This document shows, piece after piece, positions 33,697-34,236 of a stretch of 34,236 nt of DNA (position 1 is the stretch's first letter; each line of letters starts with the position of its first letter). A program made the position numbers and the translations under genes. Source of the DNA: Candidatus Woesearchaeota archaeon (GTDB taxonomy: Archaea > Nanobdellota > Nanobdellia > Pacearchaeales > GW2011-AR1); the NCBI GenBank assembly GCA_964460535.1, contig CAYWQI010000002.1, positions 7,254 to 41,489 on the forward strand, read 5' to 3'. Under the pieces are notes generated by a model. It saw only the letters and a list, made by a program, of their open reading frames with translations, did not search any database and was not told where the DNA came from.

Positions 33697-34236
33697 TCAA
33701 ATCGCCCTCTTTCGGTGAATATGAAATTTTCGACGATCCCATTTTCTTTTTCTTGGATTTTTCCTATTTGGGCGAATAGGAATTGGTTCAATTTTAAACA
33801 AGATTTTTAATTGCTCATAAACATCTTTTTTATTAGAAAAAAATATTTTTATAACTCTATCCTTCATTAAACCTAGAGAAAGATTTCTATTAACTTTGAA
33901 TTTATAATCTTTTTTCGATTTTTTCTTTTTCAAATCGCTTTTTATATCATTAATTATTATGGCTTGCAGATTAATAATAAATATACTTGCATAAAAATCT
34001 TGTTTTATCGATAAGGAAGATAAACCAGTAAAATCTTCTAGTCTTAAATTATTTTTTAGATGATCATAATTAACTTCAATACCCCAACGTAATTGATACA
34101 ACTCATTTAAATCTTCTATTGTATATTTTTTATCGTCAAGAAGAGAAGTTGCCAAAACCTCAACTTCTCCATTATTTAAAATTAATTTTACTAACCTAAT
34201 TTTAAAAGATTTAAAATTTATTCCCAGATCTTCTAA
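33697..34236 (-). CDS. IS4-family DDE transposase, C-terminal part (gene runs off the window edge)
   Basis: YQLRWGIEVNYDHLK fits the IS4 Y-(2)-R-(3)-E-(6)-K signature. The frame stays open upstream of the track's TTG start, to position 34236. Confidence 0.6.
   Translation of the reverse strand, partial: LEDLGINFKSFKIRLVKLILNNGEVEVLATSLLDDKKYTIEDLNELYQLRWGIEVNYDHLKNNLRLEDFTGLSSLSIKQDFYASIFIINLQAIIINDIKSDLKKKKSKKDYKFKVNRNLSLGLMKDRVIKIFFSNKKDVYEQLKILFKIEPIPIRPNRKNPRKRKWDRRKFHIHRKRAI

Overview
AT-rich archaeal window, probably from a small-genome DPANN-type lineage. The archaeal assignment rests on four points: the 16S 5' end reads TCCAGTTGATCCTGC, the 515 region reads GTGCCAGCCGCCGCGGTAA, both rRNAs have long flanking processing stems, and one tRNA carries a short intron. 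Ordinary content: a FlaJ/TadC-like membrane protein plus pilin-like proteins, archease, RtcB, a NUDIX hydrolase, form III RuBisCO, a HAD phosphatase, CysRS, a KaiC/RadA-like ATPase, RNase P RNA, thymidine kinase, a P-type ATPase, a 16S-23S rRNA locus on the minus strand, a RelE-type toxin-antitoxin pair, two SAM methyltransferases, a stand-alone LigD-type 3'-phosphoesterase, ribosomal protein uS2, and a partial IS4-like transposase at the right edge. Main findings: (1) The 23S rRNA gene is interrupted by an 895-nt group I intron whose ORF looks like a PD-(D/E)xK nuclease rather than a LAGLIDADG enzyme. P1/P10 guide pairing, the U.G splice-site pair, the terminal G and R/S core elements are all readable by eye. 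(2) A dense family of about 210-240 bp MITE-like elements has about 10 copies, roughly 6% of the window. They have 14-bp terminal inverted repeats and 8-bp target-site duplications, and one copy is nested inside another. (3) tRNA-Phe carries a 36-nt intron inside the anticodon stem. It is followed by two extra copies of its own 3' end, interleaved with two 91-bp direct repeats, which resembles integration scars. (4) tRNA-Ala(UGC) lies in the 16S-23S spacer but on the opposite strand to the rRNAs, with its own TATA box. (5) The ORF track misses a lipoprotein-like gene that is frameshifted at an A7 run. All calls come from reading the sequence by eye. No searches or folding programs were run, and RNA coordinates are approximate.
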